This document shows, one piece after another, positions 53,490-63,588 of a stretch of 64,000 nucleotides of DNA. Position numbers and translations under genes: made by a program. How positions within the stretch are numbered: position 1 is the first letter of the stretch; each line of letters begins with the position of its first letter. A model generated the notes under the pieces. It was given only the letters and a program-made list of their open reading frames with translations. It did no database searches and was not told where the DNA came from. The DNA is from an uncultured Flavobacterium sp. GTDB taxonomy: Bacteria; Bacteroidota; Bacteroidia; Flavobacteriales; Flavobacteriaceae. The stretch covers positions 11,844-75,843 of the forward strand of contig NZ_CAXVYT010000026.1 of NCBI RefSeq assembly GCF_963422545.2. Direction: 5' to 3'.

Positions 53490-54773
53490 TTAAATATACT
53501 CTAACGTTCGCTCCAGCGCCATGCCTCGTGAACCTTTTATTAAAATTGTATTCTCACTAAAATGAATTGTTTTAAGATATTCTGCAAAACCATCAAAAGT
53601 TTCAAAAAAGTGAATATTGTTATTAGAAATTCTGTTCTCGTAAAAATATTTCCCAATCAAATAACAAACTGAATTTTCTTGATTTGCCAGCGAATCAACA
53701 ATGATTTTATGTTCTTCATGACTTTCATTCCCAAGTTCAAACATATCTCCCAAAATCATCACTTTATTCTGATTTTCTAATTGCAGAAAATTAGTAATCG
53801 CTACAGCCATACTGCTCGGATTGGCATTATAAGCGTCTAGTATAATTTGATTTGATTCCTTTTTTAATAATTGCGATCTGTTATTTTCAGGAATATAGTT
53901 CTCTATAGCTTCTTTTACATCAGCTTCAGCAACTTTAAAATACTTTCCTATTGCAACTGCAGCATTAATATTGTTAGCATTATAAAGCCCAATTAAATGA
54001 GATTCTACGGTAAAATTCTCATAATTAACAACAACAAAAGGATTTGCCTGAATACTTATGATATTAAGATCTGATTGCTCTTTATTCACTCCAAAAGTAA
54101 AGGTTTCAATTCCCTTAGATTTTTCAATCTGAATTGGATCTTCCAGATTAACAAAAGCCAATTTCTTATTTTTTAAAAGATATTGATACATTTCGCTCTT
54201 GCCTTCAATAACGCCTTCAACACCTCCAAAACCTTCTAAATGTGCTTTTCCAAAATTGGTAATATAGCCATAATCAGGTTGGGCAATTTCGCACAAAAAC
54301 TCAATTTCCTTTTTGTGATTGGCACCCATTTCAACAATTCCTATTTCAGTTTCTTTTGAAAAGGACAATAATGTCAACGGAACTCCAATATGATTATTCA
54401 AATTTCCAACGGTAGCTTTCGTTTTAAATTTCTTAGAAAGAACTACATTAATAAGTTCTTTTGTGGTAGTTTTTCCGTTACTTCCGGTGAGTGCAACAAT
54501 AGGCAATTTCAAATAGGAACGATGAAATTTAGCCAACTCCTGCAACGTTTCTAAACTGTTCTTGACCAAAATAGTTCTTTCGTCTATAGAATAAGCCGCG
54601 TTATCAATAACAACATACAAAGCTCCCAATTCGAGCGCTTTTGCAGCAAAAGTATTAGCGTCAAAGTTCTCGCCTTTTATAGCAAAAAACATAGATCCTT
54701 TTTCAATTTTTCTTGTATCGGTTGAAATTGAACTACATTGTAAAAACAAGTTATGAATGTCCTGAATATTCAT
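53490..54773 (-). CDS. murF: UDP-N-acetylmuramoyl-tripeptide--D-alanyl-D-alanine ligase
   Basis: It has the Mur ligase P-loop 'LTGSNGKTTTKE', and its length and sequence are MurF-like. Confidence 0.9.
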   Translation of the reverse strand: MNIQDIHNLFLQCSSISTDTRKIEKGSMFFAIKGENFDANTFAAKALELGALYVVIDNAAYSIDERTILVKNSLETLQELAKFHRSYLKLPIVALTGSNGKTTTKELINVVLSKKFKTKATVGNLNNHIGVPLTLLSFSKETEIGIVEMGANHKKEIEFLCEIAQPDYGYITNFGKAHLEGFGGVEGVIEGKSEMYQYLLKNKKLAFVNLEDPIQIEKSKGIETFTFGVNKEQSDLNIISIQANPFVVVNYENFTVESHLIGLYNANNINAAVAIGKYFKVAEADVKEAIENYIPENNRSQLLKKESNQIILDAYNANPSSMAVAITNFLQLENQNKVMILGDMFELGNESHEEHKIIVDSLANQENSVCYLIGKYFYENRISNNNIHFFETFDGFAEYLKTIHFSENTILIKGSRGMALERTLEYI

Positions 54774-54807
54774 TTATAAAAATATTTAGATATTAAAAAT
54801 AAGCAAT

Positions 54808-54864
54808 AAAAAAATTCCAAATTCCAAAAGCTGAGTAATTCAGTTGGAATTTGGAATTTTTTTT
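54808..54864 (-). terminator. long AATTCCAAATTCCAA-family hairpin after gldJ
   Basis: 'aaaaaaattccaaattccaa' pairs with 'ttggaatttggaattttttt', and there is an inner 'ctga/tcag' stem. Confidence 0.8.
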
Positions 54865-54881
54865 ATTGAATTTTCTAGAAT

Positions 54882-56573
54882 TTAGTTTCTAGGCGATTTT
54901 CTTTTTTCAGTTTTAGCACCTACTCTAGACATTGCACATCTAAATCCGATGTAATCAGTTGCCATATCCTGAGGAAAATATCTTCTTTGAGCCGGATCTA
55001 ACCAATAAGCTCTATCTCTCCAAGAACCACCTTTATAAACTCTTACGTTATCATCGATTAACGTAGTACGTTTACTTGAGCTGTCGTATTTTCTAACCAT
55101 ATGACCTAAACTATCAGTTGTGATATTATGCTTAGGAGAATTGTACATTGCCTGATCCGCTTTTGGTCCAGACTCAGAATCTCCAAAGTCAAAATATCTT
55201 GAAGATTGTTTATCACCATCTCTGTAATTGATATTGTCACTTGTGCTGAAGTTCGTTCTTAAGTAAGTTTCATTTTCATCAACTGGAACCTGAGCGATTT
55301 CTCCTGGTAAGTTTGTTGCTACTTTTTTACCGTTACTTAATGTTTTGTATTGAATATTATCTTTAGTGATAATTTCAATTTTACCATCTTTTCCAATTTT
55401 GTTTTTAGCATATTGATTTCCTCTAAAGTAGTTGAAATCATTAGCTTCATTATCGATAATAGGTCTGTAAACGTCCGCAACCCATTCTGCTACGTTTCCT
55501 GCCATATCATATAATCCAAAATCATTAGGAGCATAGCTTTTTACAGCGTTTGTGATATCTGCACCATCATCTGACCAACCAGCAATTCCACCGTAATCAC
55601 CGTTTCCTTGTTTAAAGTTAGCCAATTGATCTCCTTTATTTTTACGTTTTGCTGAACGTGTATAATCTCCAGACCAAGGATATTTCTTTTGCCCTTTATA
55701 TATATTGTATTCTCTTTGTCCAACATCTGCTGCAGCTGCATACTCCCATTCTGCTTCAGTAGGAAGTCTGTACTCTGGCAAAATAACTCCAGAAGAACGT
55801 TGTGCATAAACATTTTTAGCTTCAGGAACTACCCCGTCTTTTCCTGCTTTTGGTTTTCTTCCGTTTGGATTTTTCTTTAAAACTAATTCTTCATTACCAC
55901 CATAAGTAGTACTTGGAGAAGCAACGTAAGTTTCAGTATTAAATAAACTTTCAGCGCTTACATCTTGTGTTTTAGCACCTTTTTTAAGATATCCATTTTT
56001 CTCTAAGACAGCTTCGTTTACACGATCTGTTCTCCATTTAGCAAATTCAACTGCTTGAATCCAGTTAACACCTACTACAGGATAATTAGCATAAGAAGGG
56101 TGTCTTAAGTAATTATTAGTCATCGTTTCGTTATATCCTAAACGATTTCTCCACACCAATGTATCTGGTGATGCTCCTTCATAAATGTTTTTGTAATTTT
56201 CTTCTGTTGGAGGGAAAACTTTCTTTAACCACTCCAGGTACTCTAAGTACATACCATTCGTAACTTCAGTTTCATCCATATAGAATGATTGAACATGTTG
56301 TTGAGTCGGTGTGTTATTCCAATCATGCATAACATCATCCTGTACTTTACCCATAGTAAACGTACCTCCTTCAACAAAAACCAAACCAGGACCAGCCTGT
56401 TGTTTTTTTCCTGCGTTTCTAGCAGCCGTTCCATTCTGACTATCTACATCCCAACCGGTTGCCCTTGAAGCGTGACTGGAACTCGATTTTTTGCTACAAC
56501 TAGCCGTGCCCAACATCAATACCATTGACATCATTAATTGCAAGGCTACAATTTTGTTTACTTTCATACTCAT
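54882..56573 (-). CDS. gldJ: gliding motility lipoprotein GldJ (FGE/SUMF1-like fold)
   Basis: It has the lipobox 'LGTASC' and FGE-like motifs 'RLPTEAEWEYAA' and 'KGGSWRD'. It shows the murF-gldJ-porU-porV synteny known from F. johnsoniae. Confidence 0.85.
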   Translation of the reverse strand: MSMKVNKIVALQLMMSMVLMLGTASCSKKSSSSHASRATGWDVDSQNGTAARNAGKKQQAGPGLVFVEGGTFTMGKVQDDVMHDWNNTPTQQHVQSFYMDETEVTNGMYLEYLEWLKKVFPPTEENYKNIYEGASPDTLVWRNRLGYNETMTNNYLRHPSYANYPVVGVNWIQAVEFAKWRTDRVNEAVLEKNGYLKKGAKTQDVSAESLFNTETYVASPSTTYGGNEELVLKKNPNGRKPKAGKDGVVPEAKNVYAQRSSGVILPEYRLPTEAEWEYAAAADVGQREYNIYKGQKKYPWSGDYTRSAKRKNKGDQLANFKQGNGDYGGIAGWSDDGADITNAVKSYAPNDFGLYDMAGNVAEWVADVYRPIIDNEANDFNYFRGNQYAKNKIGKDGKIEIITKDNIQYKTLSNGKKVATNLPGEIAQVPVDENETYLRTNFSTSDNINYRDGDKQSSRYFDFGDSESGPKADQAMYNSPKHNITTDSLGHMVRKYDSSSKRTTLIDDNVRVYKGGSWRDRAYWLDPAQRRYFPQDMATDYIGFRCAMSRVGAKTEKRKSPRN

Positions 56574-56780
56574 TCTTAGGTGATAAATTTAGGTGCTGCA
56601 ATATAATAATTAACATTTAATTAGCAACATCTGTTCTAATAATTTTATTTAGCTGTTTTTTACCAGAAAATAACCTATAGTTACGAACGCAAAAATATAC
56701 TTTTTATTATTTACTATAACATGAAATACTATATTTTTACTTACTAAAATATTTTTAAATTAATCCCCTTTTCCCAGCTG

Positions 56781-59700
56781 ATGAAACAAGCCCTAATCTT
56801 TTATTTTTTTTTAATTCCATTTATCTCATTTTCACAGATAAACGACAGATTTACATTAGATTGGCAAAATAAAAGAGAGATGAGTTTTGGCGATTCAAAA
56901 ACAACTATTCCTTTCTTTTCAGGAAACAGTTTTCGTTATGACACTACAAAAAAAAGCATAACATTATTACTTAACCTGAATGAAACAGGTATTCCGGACG
57001 CCAATTCTGCACAAATAACAAACATTATCTACGAATCAATATCGATTGCAGATCTGGGAGATTTAACAAAAGAAAACATCCCTGAGAAACCAAATGAAAC
57101 TATAAAAACGGTCACTTCAAGAGACCGAAAGCAAACTTTTCTTTCTTTATCTCCTATTATAAAAGAAGGAAACAGCTTTAAGCGAATTAAATCATTCTCC
57201 TATTCTTCAAATAACTCAACATCAAAAAACAGCAACAGCTCTTCTTTTCAAAAAACCAGTATTATATCAAATTCCGTTTTAGCTACTGGTGACTGGTATC
57301 GATTTTATGTTGAAAAATCTGGTATTTATAAAATTTCGAAGGCATTTTTACAAAGTTTAGGATTTGATCCAACCAAAGTTGACCCAAGAAGAATAAAAAT
57401 TTACGGAAACGGAGGCCAAATGCTTCCTCTTGCAAACAACATCTATTATCCGGACGATTTAACAGAAAATGCCATTCAGATTATTGGGGAAAGTGATGGC
57501 GTTTTTGACAACGAAGATTATATCCTTTTTTATGCCGAAGGAATCGGAAATTGGAATACTGAAAGCCAAACCAATCTTAACTTGTTTGACACAAAATCCT
57601 ACTATTATATTACCGTTACCGGAAGTGACGGAAAACGAATTTCAAACATTAACCAGCCTCTAGGAAACAGCACACTGGACTTAACAACTTTTGACGACTA
57701 TCAATACCACGAAGTCGACTTAACCAATATTGCTCATTTAGGACGTGAATGGCTTGGAGAATCCTTCGATATCAATCAAGAACAGGAATTTGAGTTTAAT
57801 TTCCCAAATCTTGAAGTTTCTACTCCTATAAAGATCGAACTAAACGCCGCTTCAGCCGCCTACACTCCTACTTCGTTTACCGTTCTCGCGAATGGACAAA
57901 ATGTTGGCACCATTAATTTTAATGCATTAGCACCGAGTTCAGATATAAAATTCTACAACGGAAAACTTCCTTCAAACAGTACATTTACGGGTACAGATAA
58001 CATAAAAATCAAACTAACATACAATAATAATGGTGTTCCCGGATCAAAAGGATATCTCGACTACATTAATTTAACAGCAAAAAGAAAACTGCTGGGTTTT
58101 GGCAAACAATTTAAATTTCAATACAATTTAGCCGGTTCAACCGCGGGAATTGTAAATTACACCATTGGAAACGCAGCTGGAATTTCTCAAATATGGGATA
58201 TTACAGACCTATATAATGTATCAAAAATTGAAAATCCAAATCAAGCTACTTTTAGCTTCAAAGCTGCTTTAGGAGAAATTAGAAAATATATCGCAGTTGA
58301 CCCTTCAGATTATTTTACACCTTTAAAGGAAAGTCAATCAAAAATTGCAAACCAAAATTTAAAAGGAACTCTTTTTAAAAACAATCAAAATAGTTTTCAA
58401 GATATAGACTATGCAATTATTACACCCAAATCCTTATTGTCTCAAGCCGAAAAATTAGCCAGTTTTCATCGAACTTATTCTAACCTGAACGTAAAAGTGA
58501 TTACATTAGAAAACATCTATCAGGAATTTTCTTCAGGAAAACAGGATATTTCAGCCATTAGAAACTGTATTAAATACATCTACGAAAATGCCTCTTCTCC
58601 AGAAAGAAAAATAAAATATGTGAATTTATTCGGAGACGCTTCTTATGACTATAAAAACAGAATTTCAAACAATACGAATATTGTACCTATATATCATTCT
58701 ATAGTTAGCACTACAATTGGAGAAGCGTCATTTGCTTCAGATGATTTTTACGGACTTATGGATCCTGACGAAGGAAACGTAATTTCGTTTTTTGGAGGAA
58801 TTGATATTGCAGTTGGCAGAATGTTAGTATCAAGCAACTCGCAAGCCGCAGAAATGGTCAATAAAGTTTTAGAATATCACGATTCTAAATCTTACGGCAA
58901 CTGGAGAAACAATTTCGTTTTAATCAGCGATGATTCAGATCAAAGCTCAGATGCAACAATACAATCACGTCAAAACAAACTTGCAGATGTTATTGCTGCC
59001 GAAAAACCATTCTTTAATATCGATAAAATAATCCTTGACTCTTATACTCAGGAAGCTTCTGCCGGAGGATCGAGATATCCAAAAGCAAGAACCGATTTGT
59101 TTAATGCTTTCGAAAAAGGCGCTTTGGTTTTTAATTATTTGGGACATGGCGGTGAAGATGGTCTGGCAAGTGAAAGAATTTGGGAAAAAGCAGATGGTCA
59201 AAACCTAAACAATCAATACAAATATCCTTTATTCATAACAATTACCTGTGAATTTTCCAGATTTGACGATCCAACAAGACCAACAGCAGGCGAATATACT
59301 TTTTGGAACCCAAAAGGAGGCGCAATCTCAATGCTGACAACAATTCGTGCTATTGGACAATATAATGGTGAAAACTTCAATGACAGCCTGAGTAAAAATT
59401 TGCTTTCGTACGGATCAAATCAGTATACCTCAATTGCGGAAGCGCTAAGAATTTCAAAAAACGAAAACCCAAGTTCCTCAAGCAATGTTGTTTTTTACAT
59501 TGGAGATCCTGCTTTAATGCTGGCAATTGCAAAACCCCGAATAAATTTAACAAAAGTAAATGATATTGTGATTTCTCAACCAATTCCAGATTTCAAATCT
59601 TTGGCTAAAATCAAAATTACAGGAGAGGTTACAGATGAAAACAATATTATTTTAAGTAATTATAATGGAGAATTAGCAACGGCAATTTTCGACAAATTAA

Positions 59701-60617
59701 TTACAACTTCAACCTTAAATAATGATGGATATAGCCCTGCAATGTCATTCAAAACTCTTGGTGAAACTATTTTTAGAGGAAACGCTTCAGTAACAAATGG
59801 TCAGTTCGAATTTAGCTTTGTTGTACCGCGAGATATTCGAATTCCGGTTGACAATGGAAGAATTAGTTTTTATTCGAAGAAAAACGGAGCTCTGGAAAAC
59901 CAATCCGGCTACAACAGCACCATTAAAATAGGAGGAATAAATGAAAATGCACCTCAGGACAATATTAATCCAAAAGTTAAGTTATATATGAACGACGAAA
60001 CTTTTGTATCAGGTGGAATCACAAACGAATCGCCATTTTTATTGGCTTTTCTTGAAGATGAAAACGGAATCAATACAGCAAGTGGAATTGGGCATGATAT
60101 TGTAGCAATTTTAGATGGGGATGTAAGTAATCCGTACATTTTAAATGATTATTATCAAACGAAATTAGACGATTACACTAACGGAAATTTACGTTTTCCT
60201 TTAAGAAATCTGGCTCCGGGATTACACACCATAAGCTTTACCGCATGGGATGTTTACAATAACCCAGTAACAAGCGAAATACAATTTACAGTTGTTGGAG
60301 ATGATTCGTTGACATTAACACACGTTCTTAATTACCCAAATCCTTTTTCGACTTACACTCAATTCTGGTTCTCTCACAACAGACCTTACGAACCTCTGGA
60401 AGTACAGGTTCAAGTGATGACAATTACCGGAAAAGTAGTATGGACAAAAAACCAAATCATTACAACTGAAGGGTTTTTATCAAGAGAAATAACCTGGGAC
60501 GGGAAAGATGATTTTGGAGATCGAATTGGAAAAGGGGTTTACATTTACAAGCTTACCGTAAAATCTAATTTAACAAATAAAAAGGCAGAAAAATATGAAA
60601 AGCTTGTCATTCTATAA
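56781..60617 (+). CDS. porU: type IX secretion system C-terminal signal peptidase/sortase PorU (C25-like)
   Basis: It is 1278 aa with a signal peptide, lies directly upstream of porV and ends in a CTD-like 'GKGVYIYKLTVKS'. Confidence 0.85.
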   Translation: MKQALIFYFFLIPFISFSQINDRFTLDWQNKREMSFGDSKTTIPFFSGNSFRYDTTKKSITLLLNLNETGIPDANSAQITNIIYESISIADLGDLTKENIPEKPNETIKTVTSRDRKQTFLSLSPIIKEGNSFKRIKSFSYSSNNSTSKNSNSSSFQKTSIISNSVLATGDWYRFYVEKSGIYKISKAFLQSLGFDPTKVDPRRIKIYGNGGQMLPLANNIYYPDDLTENAIQIIGESDGVFDNEDYILFYAEGIGNWNTESQTNLNLFDTKSYYYITVTGSDGKRISNINQPLGNSTLDLTTFDDYQYHEVDLTNIAHLGREWLGESFDINQEQEFEFNFPNLEVSTPIKIELNAASAAYTPTSFTVLANGQNVGTINFNALAPSSDIKFYNGKLPSNSTFTGTDNIKIKLTYNNNGVPGSKGYLDYINLTAKRKLLGFGKQFKFQYNLAGSTAGIVNYTIGNAAGISQIWDITDLYNVSKIENPNQATFSFKAALGEIRKYIAVDPSDYFTPLKESQSKIANQNLKGTLFKNNQNSFQDIDYAIITPKSLLSQAEKLASFHRTYSNLNVKVITLENIYQEFSSGKQDISAIRNCIKYIYENASSPERKIKYVNLFGDASYDYKNRISNNTNIVPIYHSIVSTTIGEASFASDDFYGLMDPDEGNVISFFGGIDIAVGRMLVSSNSQAAEMVNKVLEYHDSKSYGNWRNNFVLISDDSDQSSDATIQSRQNKLADVIAAEKPFFNIDKIILDSYTQEASAGGSRYPKARTDLFNAFEKGALVFNYLGHGGEDGLASERIWEKADGQNLNNQYKYPLFITITCEFSRFDDPTRPTAGEYTFWNPKGGAISMLTTIRAIGQYNGENFNDSLSKNLLSYGSNQYTSIAEALRISKNENPSSSSNVVFYIGDPALMLAIAKPRINLTKVNDIVISQPIPDFKSLAKIKITGEVTDENNIILSNYNGELATAIFDKLITTSTLNNDGYSPAMSFKTLGETIFRGNASVTNGQFEFSFVVPRDIRIPVDNGRISFYSKKNGALENQSGYNSTIKIGGINENAPQDNINPKVKLYMNDETFVSGGITNESPFLLAFLEDENGINTASGIGHDIVAILDGDVSNPYILNDYYQTKLDDYTNGNLRFPLRNLAPGLHTISFTAWDVYNNPVTSEIQFTVVGDDSLTLTHVLNYPNPFSTYTQFWFSHNRPYEPLEVQVQVMTITGKVVWTKNQIITTEGFLSREITWDGKDDFGDRIGKGVYIYKLTVKSNLTNKKAEKYEKLVIL

Positions 60618-60624
60618 TAATATA

Positions 60625-60632
60625 TATATTTG
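60625..60632 (+). promoter_or_regulatory. -7 promoter box TAnnTTTG
   Basis: 'tatatttg' lies 29 nt upstream of the porV ATG. Confidence 0.45.
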
Positions 60633-60660
60633 CATTATAAATACCATTTAGCTACATCTA

Positions 60661-61869
60661 ATGAAAAAACTATCACTTTTATTAATTTGTTTTTTAATTG
60701 TTTCATACGCAAAAGCCCAAGAACTTGTTCGACCTATTACAACTGGAGTTCCATTTTTATTAGTCGCAGCAGATGCCCGAGCGGCAGGCTTAGCAGATCA
60801 GGGAGTAGCCACTTCATCTGACGTTTTCTCACAACAATGGAATCCTGCAAAGTATGCTTTTTCAGTGGACAAGCAGGGATTTTCTGTCAGCTACACTCCC
60901 TATTTAACAGATCTTGCGAATGATATTTCTCTTGGTCAGGTAACGTATTACAACAAAATCAATGAACGAAGCGCCTTTGCAGGAAGTCTCCGTTATTTTG
61001 GTTTTGGAGATATCGAGTTACGAACAACCGGAGACCCAAATGAAGTTCCAAGAATAGTTTCTCCAAATGAATTCGCTTTGGACGGATCTTACTCTCTGAA
61101 ACTCAGCGAAAAATTCTCAATGGCAGTAGCCGCAAGATACATTCGTTCTAACCTGAAAATTGCTTCGGAAGATATCGATGCAAAAGCCTCAGGTACTTTC
61201 GCTGTAGACGTTGCCGGATTCTACCAATCTGAAGAAATTGCTTATTCTGATTTTAACGGAAGATGGAGAGCCGGTTTCAACATGCAAAACCTTGGACCAA
61301 AAATAAGCTATGATAACGACAATATCAGTTCCAACTTTTTACCGGCAAATCTTAGATTAGGTGGTGGTTTTGATTTTATATTTGATGATTACAACAAATT
61401 TGCTCTTAGCGTTGAATTTACTAAACTTTTAGTACCAACTCCTCCGGGACCAGGAACTCCTGTCGATGCCAACGGAGATGGCGATTATACAGATCCGGGA
61501 GACATTTCGCAAGAACAGGCAAATGCAATAAACTATAAAAACTACAATAACATTGGTTGGGTTTCCGGAATTTTCAAATCATTTGGAGATGCTCCGGGTG
61601 GTTTTAGTGAAGAATTAAAAGAAATCACTTATAGTGTTGCAGGAGAATATATGTATCAGGATGCTTTTGCAGTGCGTTTAGGATATTATCATGAAAGTCC
61701 GGAAAAAGGAGCAAAAAAATTCTTTTCTCTTGGAGCCGGTTTCAAATACAATGTAGTAAAAGTTGACGTTTCGTATTTATTCTCGGCATCAAAAGTTAAA
61801 AATCCGTTAGAAAACACACTTCGTTTTTCTTTAACGTTTAACTTTGGCGACAAATATGAAGTTTACTAA
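60661..61869 (+). CDS. porV: type IX secretion system outer-membrane shuttle PorV (LptO)
   Basis: It is a 402-aa beta-barrel with a signal peptide and lies after porU. Confidence 0.85.
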   Translation: MKKLSLLLICFLIVSYAKAQELVRPITTGVPFLLVAADARAAGLADQGVATSSDVFSQQWNPAKYAFSVDKQGFSVSYTPYLTDLANDISLGQVTYYNKINERSAFAGSLRYFGFGDIELRTTGDPNEVPRIVSPNEFALDGSYSLKLSEKFSMAVAARYIRSNLKIASEDIDAKASGTFAVDVAGFYQSEEIAYSDFNGRWRAGFNMQNLGPKISYDNDNISSNFLPANLRLGGGFDFIFDDYNKFALSVEFTKLLVPTPPGPGTPVDANGDGDYTDPGDISQEQANAINYKNYNNIGWVSGIFKSFGDAPGGFSEELKEITYSVAGEYMYQDAFAVRLGYYHESPEKGAKKFFSLGAGFKYNVVKVDVSYLFSASKVKNPLENTLRFSLTFNFGDKYEVY

Positions 61870-61893
61870 ATTCAAACAATAAAAATATTAACA

Positions 61894-61932
61894 ATCCAAA
61901 TTTCTATTTATTTAGGAATTTGGATTTTTTTT
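61894..61932 (+). terminator. rho-independent terminator after porV
   Basis: 'aatccaaatt' pairs with 'aatttggatt' and is followed by a T-run. Confidence 0.75.
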
Positions 61933-61945
61933 CCCATAAAAAGAA

Positions 61946-62428
61946 ATGAAAGAAATAAGCATTACATCATCATTTATAGTTTTTGACACCTTAAATGAAT
62001 TACCAAAAGACATTCAGGATTTAATGACCCAAGCCATTGAAATTCGCAAAAAAGCTTACGCTCCGTATTCCCAATTTAGAGTTGGTGCGGCTTTATTACT
62101 CGATAATGGAAAAATAGTTCTGGGATCAAATCAGGAAAATGCAGCCTATCCTTCAGGATTATGTGCAGAACGTGTAGCTATTTTTCACGCAGGAAGTATT
62201 TATCCGGAAGCTAAAATTCTCAAAATAGCCATTACAGCAGCTTCAGACACAAACCAAACCAAAGCACCAATTCCACCGTGTGGCTCTTGCCGTCAGTCAA
62301 TTGCAGAATACGAAATCAAACAAGACACCCCCATAGAAATTTATTTTATGGGCGAAATTGGTGAAGTTTATAAATCATCGTCCCTAAAAAATTTACTCCC
62401 ATTTATGTTTGATAAAAAGTTCTTGTAA
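61946..62428 (+). CDS. cdd: cytidine deaminase
   Basis: It has the zinc motifs 'CAERVAIF' and 'PCGSCRQ'. Confidence 0.9.
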   Translation: MKEISITSSFIVFDTLNELPKDIQDLMTQAIEIRKKAYAPYSQFRVGAALLLDNGKIVLGSNQENAAYPSGLCAERVAIFHAGSIYPEAKILKIAITAASDTNQTKAPIPPCGSCRQSIAEYEIKQDTPIEIYFMGEIGEVYKSSSLKNLLPFMFDKKFL

Positions 62429-62478
62429 AAAAAAGCCAAAAAGTCGCTTTTAAATTTTAGTTCTTAATAGGAAAGTCT

Positions 62479-62486
62479 TATTTTTG
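62479..62486 (+). promoter_or_regulatory. -7 promoter box TAnnTTTG
   Basis: 'tatttttg' lies 100 nt upstream of the pdhA ATG, inside the spurious 5' extension of the ORF. Confidence 0.4.
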
Positions 62487-62585
62487 CATCCCGACCTTTC
62501 GGGCGCAAATTTGTGGGAGGAAACTATTTTGCGTTATAGGCAACAATTGATAACACAAACAACTTTAGCAAAAGAAAGAATTCAG

Positions 62586-63584
62586 ATGAAAGAAGTTACA
62601 AAAGAAGTATATTTAAAGTGGTACGAAGACATGCTACTTTGGAGAAAGTTTGAAGACAAACTTGCAGCACTATACATTCAACAAAAAGTTAGAGGTTTTC
62701 TACACTTATATAATGGACAGGAAGCTGTATTAGCGGGCGCTTTGCACGCTATGGACCTGACCAAAGACAAAATGATTACTGCTTACAGAAACCACGTACA
62801 ACCAATTGGTATGGGAGTTGATCCAAGACGTGTAATGGCTGAACTTTTAGGAAAAGTTACAGGAACATCTAAAGGTATGGGAGGTTCTATGCACATTTTC
62901 TCTAAAGAACACCGTTTTTACGGAGGTCACGGAATCGTAGGTGGACAAATTCCGGTAGGAGCTGGTTTAGCTTTTGCTGACAAATATTTCAACACTGGCG
63001 GAGTTACTATGACTTACTTTGGTGACGGAGCTGCCAGACAAGGTTCATTACATGAAGCTTTCAACATGGCTATGCTATGGAAATTACCAGTTGTATTTAT
63101 CGTTGAAAACAACGGTTATGCAATGGGAACTTCTGTTGAAAGAACTGCAAACCACACTGATATCTGGAAACTTGGTTTAGGATACGAAATGCCTTGCGGA
63201 CCAGTTGACGGAATGAATCCTGTAAAAGTTGCCGAAGCAATGACAGAAGCTATCGAAAGAGCTCGTCGTGGTGACGGACCAACTTTCCTTGAAATGAAAA
63301 CATACCGTTACAGAGGACACTCAATGTCTGATGCACAATTATACCGCTCTAAAGAAGAGGTTGAAGAATACAAAAAAATTGACCCTATTACTCAGGTTTT
63401 AGATGTAATTATGGATCAGAAATATGCTACAGAAGAAGAAATTGAAGCAATTGACCAAAGAGTTAAAGACTTGGTTGAAGAATGTGTGAAATTTGCTGAA
63501 GAATCTCCATATCCTGAATTACAACAATTATACGATGTAGTATACGCACAAGAAGACTATCCATTTACACCTCATAAACTATAA
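62586..63584 (+). CDS. pdhA: pyruvate dehydrogenase E1 component alpha subunit
   Basis: It has the TPP motif 'YFGDGAARQGSLHEAFNMAMLWKLPVVFIVENNGYAMGT'. I place the start at MKEVTKEVYLKWY. Confidence 0.9.
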   Translation: MKEVTKEVYLKWYEDMLLWRKFEDKLAALYIQQKVRGFLHLYNGQEAVLAGALHAMDLTKDKMITAYRNHVQPIGMGVDPRRVMAELLGKVTGTSKGMGGSMHIFSKEHRFYGGHGIVGGQIPVGAGLAFADKYFNTGGVTMTYFGDGAARQGSLHEAFNMAMLWKLPVVFIVENNGYAMGTSVERTANHTDIWKLGLGYEMPCGPVDGMNPVKVAEAMTEAIERARRGDGPTFLEMKTYRYRGHSMSDAQLYRSKEEVEEYKKIDPITQVLDVIMDQKYATEEEIEAIDQRVKDLVEECVKFAEESPYPELQQLYDVVYAQEDYPFTPHKL

Positions 63585-63588
63585 ATCA

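Noticed and set aside
55541-56434. Two minus-strand ORFs (90 aa and 63 aa) and one plus-strand ORF inside gldJ.
   Set aside because: They are out-of-frame or antisense overlaps of the gldJ CDS, with no independent support.
62484-62585. A 34-codon 5' extension of the pdhA ORF (non-ATG start).
   Set aside because: It contains a TAnnTTTG promoter box and a small hairpin. The conserved E1-alpha sequence starts at the MKEVTKE ATG at 62586.
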